Under the pieces are notes generated by a model that did no database searches, was not told where the DNA came from, and was given only the letters and a program-made list of their open reading frames with translations. Below are positions 53,027 through 63,300 of a stretch of DNA of 64,000 nucleotides, piece by piece (position 1 is the stretch's first letter; every line of letters begins with the position of its first letter). The stretch lies in assembly GCA_965208905.1 (NCBI GenBank), contig OZ242365.1, positions 1,824,001 to 1,888,000 of the forward strand, read 5' to 3'. Both the position numbers and the translations under genes were made by a program. Source of the stretch: Nitrosopumilaceae archaeon (lineage in GTDB: Archaea > Thermoproteota > Nitrososphaeria > Nitrososphaerales > Nitrosopumilaceae).

Positions 53027-54384
53027 CTCTCCTCCTTTAGAACATCGCATAGTATATTCATTCCGTCTGTAACTCTGTCAGTACCAGCAGATATGCGAAC
53101 AAACTCTGGATAGTGACCAAAACCAACTCCCGGAGCCAATGCCAGACCCCTATCCAAACATCGTTCTACCAAGTCAATCCCCTGTATTCCATCTGCCCGA
53201 CCAAATATATACATGGCTCCATCCGGCCTCATAAACTCCAAGTTTGCCTCACTGGCCATCTTGCACATGGTATCAAGCCGTCTCTGTATAGTTTGAACAT
53301 TGTGTGTAGTATCATGGTTCAATGATTTAAGAGCTGCGTACTGAATAAAGTCTGGCACATTAGTGAGGCAGAGTGCCGCAATACGACTCATACTGTGTAT
53401 TATATCTGGATGCGCAACACCATAACCTATTCGAAACCCCATCATGGCGTGCGACTTTGAAAACGACTGTGTGACTATGCTCTTTTTATACCCGTACTCT
53501 AGTATGCTCTTTGATGGTATACTGGAGTACTCGCTGTATATCTCATCACTGAGTATGTACATGTCATTCTCCTTGGCATGTTGCACAATCTGGTTTATGA
53601 TGCTTGGTGATAGTACCTTGCCGGTGGGGTTGGATGGATAACAGAGCACAATCATCTTGGTCTGGGGAGTTGTAATCTTTTTAATGTCTTGTATGTCTAA
53701 CTCCCATCTATCTTCAAGTGTTGTATGTATGATATGTGGTTTGGCGCCGCAATGTATGGCTGCCTCCTTGTAGGCGGGCCATGTAGGTTCAGGGATTATA
53801 ATCTCATCGCCCGGCTGTAGTAGTGCGTTTATTGCAGCAAATACAGCAAATCTAGCTCCCGGCGTTATGATCACCTCATCTGACTGTATCGATGTATTGT
53901 ATCTCTGTGATGTATGATCTGCTATGGCTTGCCGGAGTGCTGGCATGCCCGTGGGCAGACCGTACCTCGTGTAACCTTCTTTGAAGCCTTCTACCAGAGC
54001 ATCCCCTGCTATGGGCGGAGGTGCAAAGTCAGGCTCTCCCACCTCCATGTGTATGATATCTCTACCGTTCTGTTCCAACTCCTTGGCCTTTTTGAATATG
54101 AGCAGATGTGTGGGCGTAGGGCTACTCTCCATATATACGGCCTCACTTATCAGGTGGTTCAGAAATCTGGCAGCGATATCTTGATTTAGATTTATGGATT
54201 TGGCCTCATCTAGTATGCGTTGACGCAGTGCAAATTCACGGGCCCCATTCGATATGGATAGCCCTCTTTGATGTTTTATATCTCCAATCTGTCCAGTTAT
54301 GTCACTACGTCTCTTTAAGAGGTGTATCATCTGTAATGTTATATCATCAATACTTTTTCGTAGAGTATCAAGAGAATCAGTCAT
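53014..54384 (-). CDS. Chorismate mutase (AroQ) fused to class I PLP aminotransferase
   Basis: LDTLRKSIDDIT..LLKRR..IGDIK..RE at the N-terminus; GEPDF, SNPTG, SDEIY, SFSKSHAMMGFRIG. Confidence 0.88.
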   Translation of the reverse strand: MTDSLDTLRKSIDDITLQMIHLLKRRSDITGQIGDIKHQRGLSISNGAREFALRQRILDEAKSINLNQDIAARFLNHLISEAVYMESSPTPTHLLIFKKAKELEQNGRDIIHMEVGEPDFAPPPIAGDALVEGFKEGYTRYGLPTGMPALRQAIADHTSQRYNTSIQSDEVIITPGARFAVFAAINALLQPGDEIIIPEPTWPAYKEAAIHCGAKPHIIHTTLEDRWELDIQDIKKITTPQTKMIVLCYPSNPTGKVLSPSIINQIVQHAKENDMYILSDEIYSEYSSIPSKSILEYGYKKSIVTQSFSKSHAMMGFRIGYGVAHPDIIHSMSRIAALCLTNVPDFIQYAALKSLNHDTTHNVQTIQRRLDTMCKMASEANLEFMRPDGAMYIFGRADGIQGIDLVERCLDRGLALAPGVGFGHYPEFVRISAGTDRVTDGMNILCDVLKEERWRR

Positions 54385-55472
54385 AGTACTGCTCCTATGT
54401 GACCTGTCAGCATGGCGTGATCTGCTAGTACCAAAGATGCCATGGCATCTATAACCGGCGGTGCCCGTGGTACCACACAGGGATCGTGCCTACCTTTAAC
54501 CTGTAACTTGGCAGTCTTCATGGTCTCTGTATTTATGGTGTACTGGGGTTTGGCTATGGATGATGCAGGCTTGAACGCCACACGAAATACTATGGGCATT
54601 CCATTGGATATGCCACCCAATATCCCGCCAGAGTTGTTGGTCGTAGTCTTTATCGTATCATTCTGTATTGTGTATATGTCGTTGTTTTTTGAACCAGTAC
54701 TCTTTGATCCCGCAAAGCCAGAACCAAACTCCACCCCCTTTACAGATGGAATAGAGAACATGGCGGCCGACAAGTCTGACTCTAAGGTGTTGTATATGGG
54801 CTCTCCCAAACCTGGAGGTACATCCGTTGTGACCGACTCTATGATACCTCCTAATGTATCTCCATTACTGCGGGCTTTGATGATGGCATCTCGCATGTCT
54901 GCGGCGGCATTTTGATCTGGGCAACGTGTGTCATTTCCGTATATGATATCATGTGTAATATCATCGGATATGTCTGCCTGTACATCTCCTATGCTTGTGG
55001 TGTACGAGTGAGTCTGTATGCCTAGTGTACTGAATAGTAGTTTACGGGCTATGGCACCTCCCATCACCTGCGTGGCGGTGAGCCTTCCGGAGAATATGCC
55101 TCCACCCCGTGGGTCGTTGTATCCGCCATATCGTACTTTGGCTGTGTAGTCTGAATGTCCTGGTCTTGGCATATTTAACAGGTTGTCATAGTCTGTGGAT
55201 CTGTGGTCCTTGTTGTGGATTATCATTGTTATGGGTGCACCCGTGCTTTTTTGATGATATACGCCTGAGAGTATCTGTACCTTATCTAGTTCTTTTCTCT
55301 GGGTGGTTATGCTGGATTGACCTGGCCGTCTCAAGTCTAACATGGGTTGAATGTCAGACTCATTTAGTGGTAAACCTGCAGGACACCCAGTCAATACTGC
55401 GCCCACACATGTCCCGTGACTTTCACCAAATGTTGACAGCACTAGTTTGTGACCAATTGACGCGCCAATCAT
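54381..55472 (-). CDS. aroC: Chorismate synthase
   Basis: FGESHG, RRPGQ, RPGHSD, GGISNG, FKPASSI, GRHDPC. Confidence 0.96.
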   Translation of the reverse strand: MIGASIGHKLVLSTFGESHGTCVGAVLTGCPAGLPLNESDIQPMLDLRRPGQSSITTQRKELDKVQILSGVYHQKSTGAPITMIIHNKDHRSTDYDNLLNMPRPGHSDYTAKVRYGGYNDPRGGGIFSGRLTATQVMGGAIARKLLFSTLGIQTHSYTTSIGDVQADISDDITHDIIYGNDTRCPDQNAAADMRDAIIKARSNGDTLGGIIESVTTDVPPGLGEPIYNTLESDLSAAMFSIPSVKGVEFGSGFAGSKSTGSKNNDIYTIQNDTIKTTTNNSGGILGGISNGMPIVFRVAFKPASSIAKPQYTINTETMKTAKLQVKGRHDPCVVPRAPPVIDAMASLVLADHAMLTGHIGAVL

Positions 55473-55511
55473 ATTATGTGGTTATAGAAAGGCGTAATTA
55501 TATTTTATATC

Positions 55512-56028
55512 GTGCAGAAGGTGTCAAGAAACGCTGACCTACACGTCATGCCCGCAGGGAGCCCCATCCATGACATAAAGGAGGTGAAAGACGCCGTTGG
55601 GCTGTCAGCTAGAATCATCAGGAGGAGGCTGATGCGTCTAGAGGAGTTGGGGCTGGCAGACTACAAACGTGGAAAATTCACGATAAAAAGCGAGGTTGTA
55701 TCCCAACCGCACCATGTGCTGCGGAGCATCATCCCATCACTGATGTCGCTCAAAAAAGCCAGAAGGTTCGGTAGATATTACAAGCCTACGGATGTTAATT
55801 TTGTAAAGAAAAATCTCCCGGATGGCTCGATCATAACGCTTGACTACAAGGTTCACGAACTAACAGGATTTCAGACACCGCTGGATTTGTATGTCTATGT
55901 TGATGATATAGAAGACATCTCCAGGTTTTTGAAAAGCAATCGGTTTCGGGAGGGGCGAAAGGGCAATGTGGTACTTCTCCCAAAGATCGGCTCCTTTGAT
56001 AATTTAATTGAGAGGGCGTTCCTCGACT
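55512..56028 (+). pseudogene. Truncated duplicate of the AbiEi-like HTH gene at 58259
   Basis: Near-identical to 58335-58802; breaks at ...FLD where the TIR cassette begins. Confidence 0.8.
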
Positions 56029-56274
56029 GGGCTGTGATGTTATCTGCGCGTGTTGTATAACACACGCATTACACAGCTGCTACACACTTAGGCTTGCGCC
56101 CAATGCAGTAAATGTTGGTGGTGAACCACCATCCAGAGGAGTATGTGACGATACTACACACCCAGATCTTTACTCGTTTGTACTTTCCCATTGTGGACGA
56201 GTACGTGCCTTACGAACTAATTTGAATGATTCCCAACCAGATACTACGTTCAATCCCATCTATACTTGGTATAT

Positions 56275-56634
56275 TCAAACGCTTCCATACTCCGCCTTCA
56301 ACCTACGGAGATGTCTGTGCGACTCTTTTATACGGTCCTCCACATCAGAAGCCATCATCCTATATTTCACCAACTCGGCGCTCACCTGGTCAATTTCGGC
56401 AGAATCCGTCAGCATCATCTCCCGGCGCGTCAGAGCTTTGCAAAAGTCAAGAAACCCTTCCATTGTTTTTGTGTCGTCCCGTATACTACTCTCCAGTATA
56501 TGTATATCGTCGCTAAATATCGCCAATGTCTCTAACTGTCTTGGCGGCGCTCTCTGCTGTCTCTGCCAATTCCGGATTGTTATTCTGTCTGGCAAGCTTG
56601 GCAAGCCTCTCAAACTTTTGCGCCCGTAGTTCAT
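56275..56634 (-). CDS. Orphan helical/coiled-coil protein inside the cassette
   Basis: 119-aa ORF with TATA-like TTTTATAAATA about 30 bp upstream; heptad-like C-terminal half. Confidence 0.55.
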   Translation of the reverse strand: MNYGRKSLRGLPSLPDRITIRNWQRQQRAPPRQLETLAIFSDDIHILESSIRDDTKTMEGFLDFCKALTRREMMLTDSAEIDQVSAELVKYRMMASDVEDRIKESHRHLRRLKAEYGSV

Positions 56635-56680
56635 GTTGTCTCATTAATAATATTATATCTCAGCATTTTATAAATATGAT

Positions 56681-57030
56681 GATCTGTGGGTGAACTGTTC
56701 TGTATTGTACACAGCACGTCGTGTATAACGCGTATAGGTACCACATACGACTCTAACCATACGACTCTAGTGTGTAATATGACTGAGTCACCAGACAGGA
56801 CGGTTCAGTTGGGGCGCGTTATACAAGATATTTGTTGGTAGGTTGGCAGTTGTTTCAACCTACCAACGGTGTCTCTAGTCAGGTAGACATTTAGTAGTAA
56901 TAAGCTAGCCATCATATGGATGGCACGGGTCGAGGTGCCTGTCGGTGTGAGGGTTATGCGGGTCGTATTTCGTGGTCGGTAGTTGAGTGGTAATTAAACA
57001 TCACATTCAATACCGACATCTGCGCAGTAG
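56681..57030 (+). ncRNA. Candidate structured ncRNA
   Basis: Several 9-13 bp helices, many with G-U-compatible mismatches on the + strand (see findings); no known family recognised. Confidence 0.35.
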
Positions 57031-57080
57031 TAGGCTGTCAAACGCGCATTATACGGCACGCGCAGATAACGTCACAGCCC

Positions 57081-58030
57081 ATATGCCATTCGGCAGTTGG
57101 AGAAGGGTCGGGGTACCAAGGTGGTAGCTGAGGAGCTTTGTGTAACTCAGAGGCACATACAGCGTCTGTGGGCCAAATACTGTAAAACCGGCACGATTCA
57201 TGTTCAAGGACATGCAGGACGACCCGCCAGCCCGCCACCATCTGAACAAGAGATAATAACAGTACTGGATGTTCACAGCAAAAGTCTCGAGGGCGTGGTG
57301 CGTACTGCAAAAAGACTGCGCAAGGAGGGACATAATATAAGCCGTAACCGTACATATCATATAATGAAGTCCAAGGGCATGGTGGCAGATTCAACTATAA
57401 AGAATAGGCAACGCAAGTGGGTTAGGTACGAACGTATATACTCGAACGCCATGTGGCACACAGACTGGCACACTATGAAGGATCCGCGCATGAGGGAACT
57501 AAACCTCATAACATATCTGGACGATGCTTCTAGATGCGTCACGGGTGCTGCTCTCTTCAATGAGGCTACCTCCTTTAACGCAGTAGCTGTACTCAGACAG
57601 GCAGTGGATAGGTTCGGCGTGCCAGCGACCATTTTGTCAGACAATGTATAATGCTTCGTAGGTAGAGGAGGTCGCAAGAAACAAACCAGTTCTTGGACCC
57701 CAACCATGTTCGAGAGAGTTACTCGGCCTTAACATAGGACTGATCAACTCACGACCATATCACCCACAAACCAATGGGAAGTTAGAACGATTCCACAGGA
57801 GTTTGGAAGATGAGATTTGGTACTATTCGAGCCTAGATGATTATATCGAGTACTACAACACTGCCCGCCTACATTTCTCGCTTGACATAGACAACTATGA
57901 AACTCCATTAATGGCATTTCACAAAAAGAAGGCAACTGTTGAAACAAGAAGTTAAAACCCTACATGGATGGAGGATGATATTCATGACTGACGACCAAAA
58001 TGTAGCGCGACATGATTTCCGGATAAAACA
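57081..58030 (+). pseudogene. IS481-family element, 5'-truncated, transposase with stop and frameshifts
   Basis: WHTDW, YLDDASR, LSDNV*, then RPYHPQTNGKLERFH in another frame; right TIR ends ..GATTTCCGGATAAAACA. Confidence 0.85.
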
Positions 58031-58258
58031 GGATGTTTTTTGCACGAATACCTTTTTGTATTAACAGTGTTCGAGCAGCGTAGATTGTGCTGTACGTTAC
58101 CATGCTTGGCGCGTGGGTAGAATCGAGACGGCCTCTGCTTTCCGATAGCAGAGGACTTCAGATGCATCTAAAGATGGCAGTTTATGATGTGCTATTTTAT
58201 ATATAAATGGAATTTTTTGTCTAAAATATATATAGTCTGCACATACTATTATTATTGC

Positions 58259-58948
58259 ATGAATGAGGATAAGTATGCATCAATGTTGAAAAGTGCAAAG
58301 GATGCAATCAGGTTTGCCCAGGAGCTGTCCCCCAGCCCAATCTATGACATACAGGAGGTGAAAGACGCCGTCGGGCTGTCAGCTAGAACTATCAGGAGGA
58401 GGCTGATGCGTCTAGAGGAGTTGGGGCTGGCAGACTACAAACGTGGAAAATTCACGATAAAAAGCGAGGTTGTATCCCAACCGCACCATGTGCTGCGGAG
58501 CATCATCCCGTCACTGGTATCGCTCAAAAAAGCCAGAAGATTTGGTAGATATTACAAGCCTACAGATATTAATTTTGTAAAGAAAAATCTCCCAGGTGGC
58601 TCGATCATAACGCTTGACTACAGGGTTCACGAACTGACAGGGTTTCAGACACCGCTGGATTTGTATGCTTATGTTGATGATATCGAAGACATCTCCAGGT
58701 TTTTGAAAAGCAATCGGTTTCGGGAGGGGAACAAGGGCAACGTGGTACTTCTCCCAAAGATCGGCTCCTTTGATAATTTAATTGAGAGGGTGTTTCTCGA
58801 CTGCGTGGCGAGCGGCGGGCGAAGTTTTCTGGATGCCGCAGCAATCATGCTGACCCATAAGGACGCGATAAAAACTAGAGTAAGGTTTGCAGGAGACACC
58901 ATATGGAAGGTGCAGGAGGACATGTTGCGAAATGATGCCACTCATTAG
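58259..58948 (+). CDS. wHTH protein, AbiEi-like antitoxin/regulator
   Basis: N-terminal HTH (VGLSARTIRRRLMRLEELGL), C-terminal LIERVFLDC motif; overlaps the downstream NTase gene. Confidence 0.6.
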   Translation: MNEDKYASMLKSAKDAIRFAQELSPSPIYDIQEVKDAVGLSARTIRRRLMRLEELGLADYKRGKFTIKSEVVSQPHHVLRSIIPSLVSLKKARRFGRYYKPTDINFVKKNLPGGSIITLDYRVHELTGFQTPLDLYAYVDDIEDISRFLKSNRFREGNKGNVVLLPKIGSFDNLIERVFLDCVASGGRSFLDAAAIMLTHKDAIKTRVRFAGDTIWKVQEDMLRNDATH

Positions 58949-59438
58949 AGAAGCTGTTTGTATTTCCCGGGATTTTGGAACTACTACGTTTGTCGGGGCG
59001 GTTGCAGTCACACTGCATACTGGCGAGCAGCGGCAATCCATGGATTTGGATTTTGCCGTTGCCGAGCAGATAACAAGCGATGAGCTTTTGGACAAGGGAT
59101 ACACAGTCGACCAGTACAGTGGTAAAAAATTTACGCCAAGGGGGTACAAGATTGACGTGTATGAAAAACGAGACTTGAATAATATTCCGCTGAAGTACAT
59201 CATAAAAACGGCAGTGGCAATCCCGGTGGACAAGAAAGGAACCGCAGTCAACGTCATCACATTGGAAGGATTGGTCATTACAAAGTTTAGGGCAGGACGT
59301 GATCAGGACATCGAAGACCTCCGAAGGCTGGCAGTTCGCTGCAGGTCAAAAATTAACTGGAATGAAATCAGGCACCTTGCCAAGTCCGATATGGAATACT
59401 CGCAAATAGAGCAGGCCCTACGCCTTTATGCAGCCTGA
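58932..59438 (+). CDS. Nucleotidyltransferase, AbiEii/DUF6036-like toxin
   Basis: FVGAVAV..H...RQSMDLDF and LEGLVITKFRAGRDQDIEDL motifs. Confidence 0.72.
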   Translation: MMPLIREAVCISRDFGTTTFVGAVAVTLHTGEQRQSMDLDFAVAEQITSDELLDKGYTVDQYSGKKFTPRGYKIDVYEKRDLNNIPLKYIIKTAVAIPVDKKGTAVNVITLEGLVITKFRAGRDQDIEDLRRLAVRCRSKINWNEIRHLAKSDMEYSQIEQALRLYAA

Positions 59439-59507
59439 TAAGTCTTGTCAAGACTGTCTAGTGCAAGGTTGGCATCTGGTGGAAAAACCAAAACGTATTA
59501 GCGTGTA

Positions 59508-59810
59508 CTAGGGAACAACAGGATTCGATAGTCTATCAGGCGAAAGGCGATGCTCATGCGGTTTTTGTCAAAGTCCGATGGTTTCAGTACGGTCAGCCGT
59601 CAGCATTCTGGGGATCTCCTTGCAGCTGGGGATGGCTGCAATCATCGATTCCGGCTCTCCGCCCGTTATGACGCGCGCCATGCAGGTACGGGATAGTGTA
59701 CCTGATCTTAACGTTTCGGTCAGTTGCACCGCGGAGATATTCGAATGTGGGACAAATTCGTCGAACCGGGTCATCGCACCCAAAATCTATCATATCATAT
59801 TGTCCGCTAG
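59508..59810 (-). mobile_element. IS630-derived MITE, 303 bp, flanked by TA on both sides
   Basis: TA|CTAGGGAACAACAGGATTCGATA ... ATATTGTCCGCTAG|TA; internal ESMIAAIPSCKEIP stub. Confidence 0.85.
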
Positions 59811-59812
59811 TA

Positions 59813-60005
59813 CCCACTCGGAGGTATCGGGGCCGGCAAGCGAACTCCGGTCACCAGCCAGGAACTTTTCCTTTCATCCGTAGACGGTCCGGGGTACAAA
59901 GTTGTGCTCGCGGCACATCTCCGCCATGCTGGTCTGTGGCTTAAAGGTCTGGAGTACGATGCGTATCTTTTCGTCCGTACTCCACCGTGATTTCTTGTCT
60001 GTCAT
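59813..60005 (-). pseudogene. IS3-family OrfA (HTH) remnant cut by the MITE
   Basis: MTDKKSRWSTDEKIRIVLQTFKPQTSMAEMCREHNFVPRTVYG*KEKFLAG (Trp changed to stop). Confidence 0.7.
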
Positions 60006-60312
60006 ACCCTAGCTGGCCTCCTATCGCTAAAGTGTGCATCGCTGATCGGTCTTATTCCAGCAGGGTCCGCCCCACACATCTTGAAAAGAAATACCATCAA
60101 CGTCATGCAGTGTAACAACCCAACATGATTTTCACATAGATGACTCTCATGATACTGGAGGATGAACTATTTCTAGAAAATATACAGAAACTTATGCACT
60201 CTGCTATGCGAACAGAGATGCGCCTCGGCTTCAACCGTCCCTCCGGGCGGGCACGGTACGGGGTATCGGCGCGCAGCCGGCCATACCGAACCTCCCTCTG
60301 AACATATTCACA

Positions 60313-63300
60313 TTACCCATCCCGTACAAGACCAAGTCCCATCAGTATAGGTACCGGGTTGGAGGGGTCGGTTACATCCACGATACTGGTACCGGTAGGC
60401 AAGAGTGATGTTATCGCATACGTGCGGTCTCCGCTTCTGAACACATCAGTAAAGAGTGTAATGAACCCTGGGAACTCTTCAGGAGTGGTGGAAAGTTCGG
60501 ATTCAGCACCCAATATGTCAGCAAAAAACGTAATGAACTCCGGTACAAATGTGTCCGAGAGATCACCGACAGGCCAGACTAGTGTCTGGTTGGTCGGGTC
60601 GGTGATGTCTATGATGATGTGGACCCCTCCAATTAGGGTTGTTATCATGGCGTATGTGCGGCCTTCACCTTCGAACACATCCATATGATACGGCACAAGC
60701 AAGATATATTGGCCCAACATCCCAACGGTGGCCTCCTGCTGGATGGGGGATGGGTTTGTGGGGTTGGTGATGTTCATGATGTCGATGTTGGTGGCGGATG
60801 CCATTATGGCGTATGTATGATATTCATCTCCGAACACTCCCACATCAAACGGATCAAACAAGAGGCTGCGTAACTCCGAATCATCAAGGACCAGTGAGGT
60901 GGGGGACGATGGGTTTGTGGGATTGGTGATGTCTATGATGTATGCTCCGCCACCAGGCCAGGCGGCCATCATGACATACATGCGATCCCCGACTCCAAAC
61001 ACCTCCATGTCGAGCCGAATGCTCGTATCACCGAGATCCCCCAAGCCGTCAAGGACCGCAGAGATGTGTGTTGGGTTTGCAGGGTTGGTGATGTCTATGA
61101 TGTATGCTCCGCCACCATACAAGGTGGCTACTATCGCGTAGGTGCTGTCCCCGACAACGAACGTTTCTACATCAATCTCTTTGTCTACAGCGCTGAGATC
61201 CGCCACGCCATCAAGGACCACCGAGGTGTGTGTTGGGTTTGCAGGGTTGGTGATATTCATGATCTGGACGCTACCGTCATACGAGGCGGCCACTATCGCG
61301 TAGGTGCGGTCCCCGACCACGAACACCTCTATGTCATGTGAAAAGGACAGGGCGCCGAGCTCCGCTGAATTATCAAAGACCGCAGAGACCGGAACCGGCC
61401 TGGCGGGGTCGGTTATGTCCATAATCTGCGTGGAGTTATCATACAGTGTGGCCACTACTGTGTACGTCCGGTCCCCGACCCCGAACACCGTACTTGCCAG
61501 CTCCGTGCTGTTCGTGGCTCCCAGAATCACATCTGCCAATTCTTGATTCACTCCCGGCTCTACGTCAACCTCTACTGAATCATCAAATACCGTCGATTCC
61601 AGGTTGGCCGGGTCTGTAATATCCATTATCTGCACGCCGTCATCGTTGATGGCGGTCACTATAACGTACGTCCGGTCTCCACTCCCAAACACCTCCACGC
61701 CATTTGCCCCGTCCAAGGCGCCGAGCGCCACCGAACCGTCAAAGGCCGCCGAGACTGGAACCGGGTTGGCCGGGTTGGTGATGTCCATGATCTGAATCGC
61801 CCCATCATCCCAAGCCGCCACTATGGCGTACGTTCGGTTCCCGCTATCGAACACAACCACATCGTTCGCTCCACCCAGAGCATCAAACCCACCCGAACCG
61901 TCAAAGGCCGCCGAGACTGGAACCGGGTTGGCCGGGTTGGTGATGTCCATGATCTGCACACCATCATCGTAGTAGGCGGTCACTATAACATACGTTCGGT
62001 CCCCGCTATCGAACACAGCCATTTCACTCGCCCCAGTCAGAGCATCAAACCCTCCCGAGCCGTCAAAGGCCGCCGAGACTGGAACCGGATTGGCCGGGTT
62101 GGTGATGTCCATGATCTGAATCGCCCCATCATCCCAAGCCGCCACTATGGCGTACGTTCGGTTCCCGCTATCGAACACAACCACATCGTGCGCTCCACCC
62201 AAAGCATCAAACCCTCCCGAGCCGTCAAAGACCACTGAGGTTGGGCTCGGTCCAGATATAATCAGACTCGGCTGCCCGGCATCCAGTAGGGAGTCGCTAG
62301 GCTCACCCACCAATGTCACTTGGATTGTCCGCCGGTTGTTACCGTCACCAAAGACCGAATCTCCTGAGGCGGTTATGGTGACCATATAGGTAGTCTGGTT
62401 GGCGGTTGCCGAGACCATGCTGAGGCGGTTGCTGTCGGTTATGGTGAATCTATGCGAGTCGTCGCCCGGCCCTATCAGATAGATGGGGTTCTGCCTGTCC
62501 AGAATGGAGTTCAGGGCCGATATATCCCCGACTGTGCCGGGGACATCCGACCTGTCGATGTACGTGTTGTCTATCACGATATACCAGTCACCCAAGTTCT
62601 GGTCGAAGGAGGTTGTATTGGCGAACATCTGGAACATGTCTAGTGCCGAGGAGACGTCCCAAGAGGAGATGTCGCTGTTGAAGGAGGTGGCGCCGGAGAA
62701 CATGTTAGACATGTAGTTAACCGAGGAGACATTCCAGTCCCCGATGTCCTGATCGAACCTGTCGGCGCCGTGGAACATGTTGGACATTCCGGTGACCGAG
62801 GAGACATTCCAGGTGTTGAGGGGTTGGTTGAAGGATGCGGCGCCGTGGAACATGTTGGACATTCCGGTGACCGAGGAGACATTCCAGGTGTTGAGGGGTT
62901 GGTTGAAGGATGCGGCGCCGGAGAACATGCTCCACATATAAGTCGCCGAGGAGACGTCCCAAGAGGAGATGTCGCCGTTGAAGGAGGTGGCATCATGGAA
63001 CATGACGCCCATATCGGTCGCCGAGGAGACGTCCCAAGAGGAGATGTCGCCGTTGAAGGAGGTGGCGCCCTCGAACATGCTCCACATATCAGTCACCGAG
63101 GAGACATCCCAGGTGTTGAGGGGTTGGTTGAAGGAGGTGGCATTATGGAACATGGCGCCCATATGGGTCACCGAGGAGACATCCCATTCGTTGAGGGGTT
63201 GGTTGAAGGAGGTGGCATTATGGAACATGGCGCCCATATGGGTCACCGAGGAGACGTCCCATGTGTTGAGGGGTTGGTTGAAGGAGGTGGCCCCTCAAAC

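Larger units (their letters stand above)
56029..57080. mobile_element. Non-autonomous TIR-bounded cassette with a passenger ORF and structured non-coding DNA
   Basis: Left GGGCTGTGATGTTATCTGCGCGTGTTGTATAA versus right (reverse complement) GGGCTGTGACGTTATCTGCGCGTGCCGTATAA; both flanking genes are cut exactly at the ends; no transposase. Confidence 0.8.

Noticed and set aside
53014-54384. Chorismate mutase-aminotransferase fusion, and stand-alone ATP synthase subunit F at 23208
   Set aside because: From recall both arrangements are ordinary in Nitrosopumilaceae.
56029-57080. Group I or group II intron (IStron) identity for the structured cassette
   Set aside because: No GUGYG start, domain V or convincing P7 R/S pair, and the flanks belong to two different genes rather than ligatable exons; kept only as an unclassified structured element.
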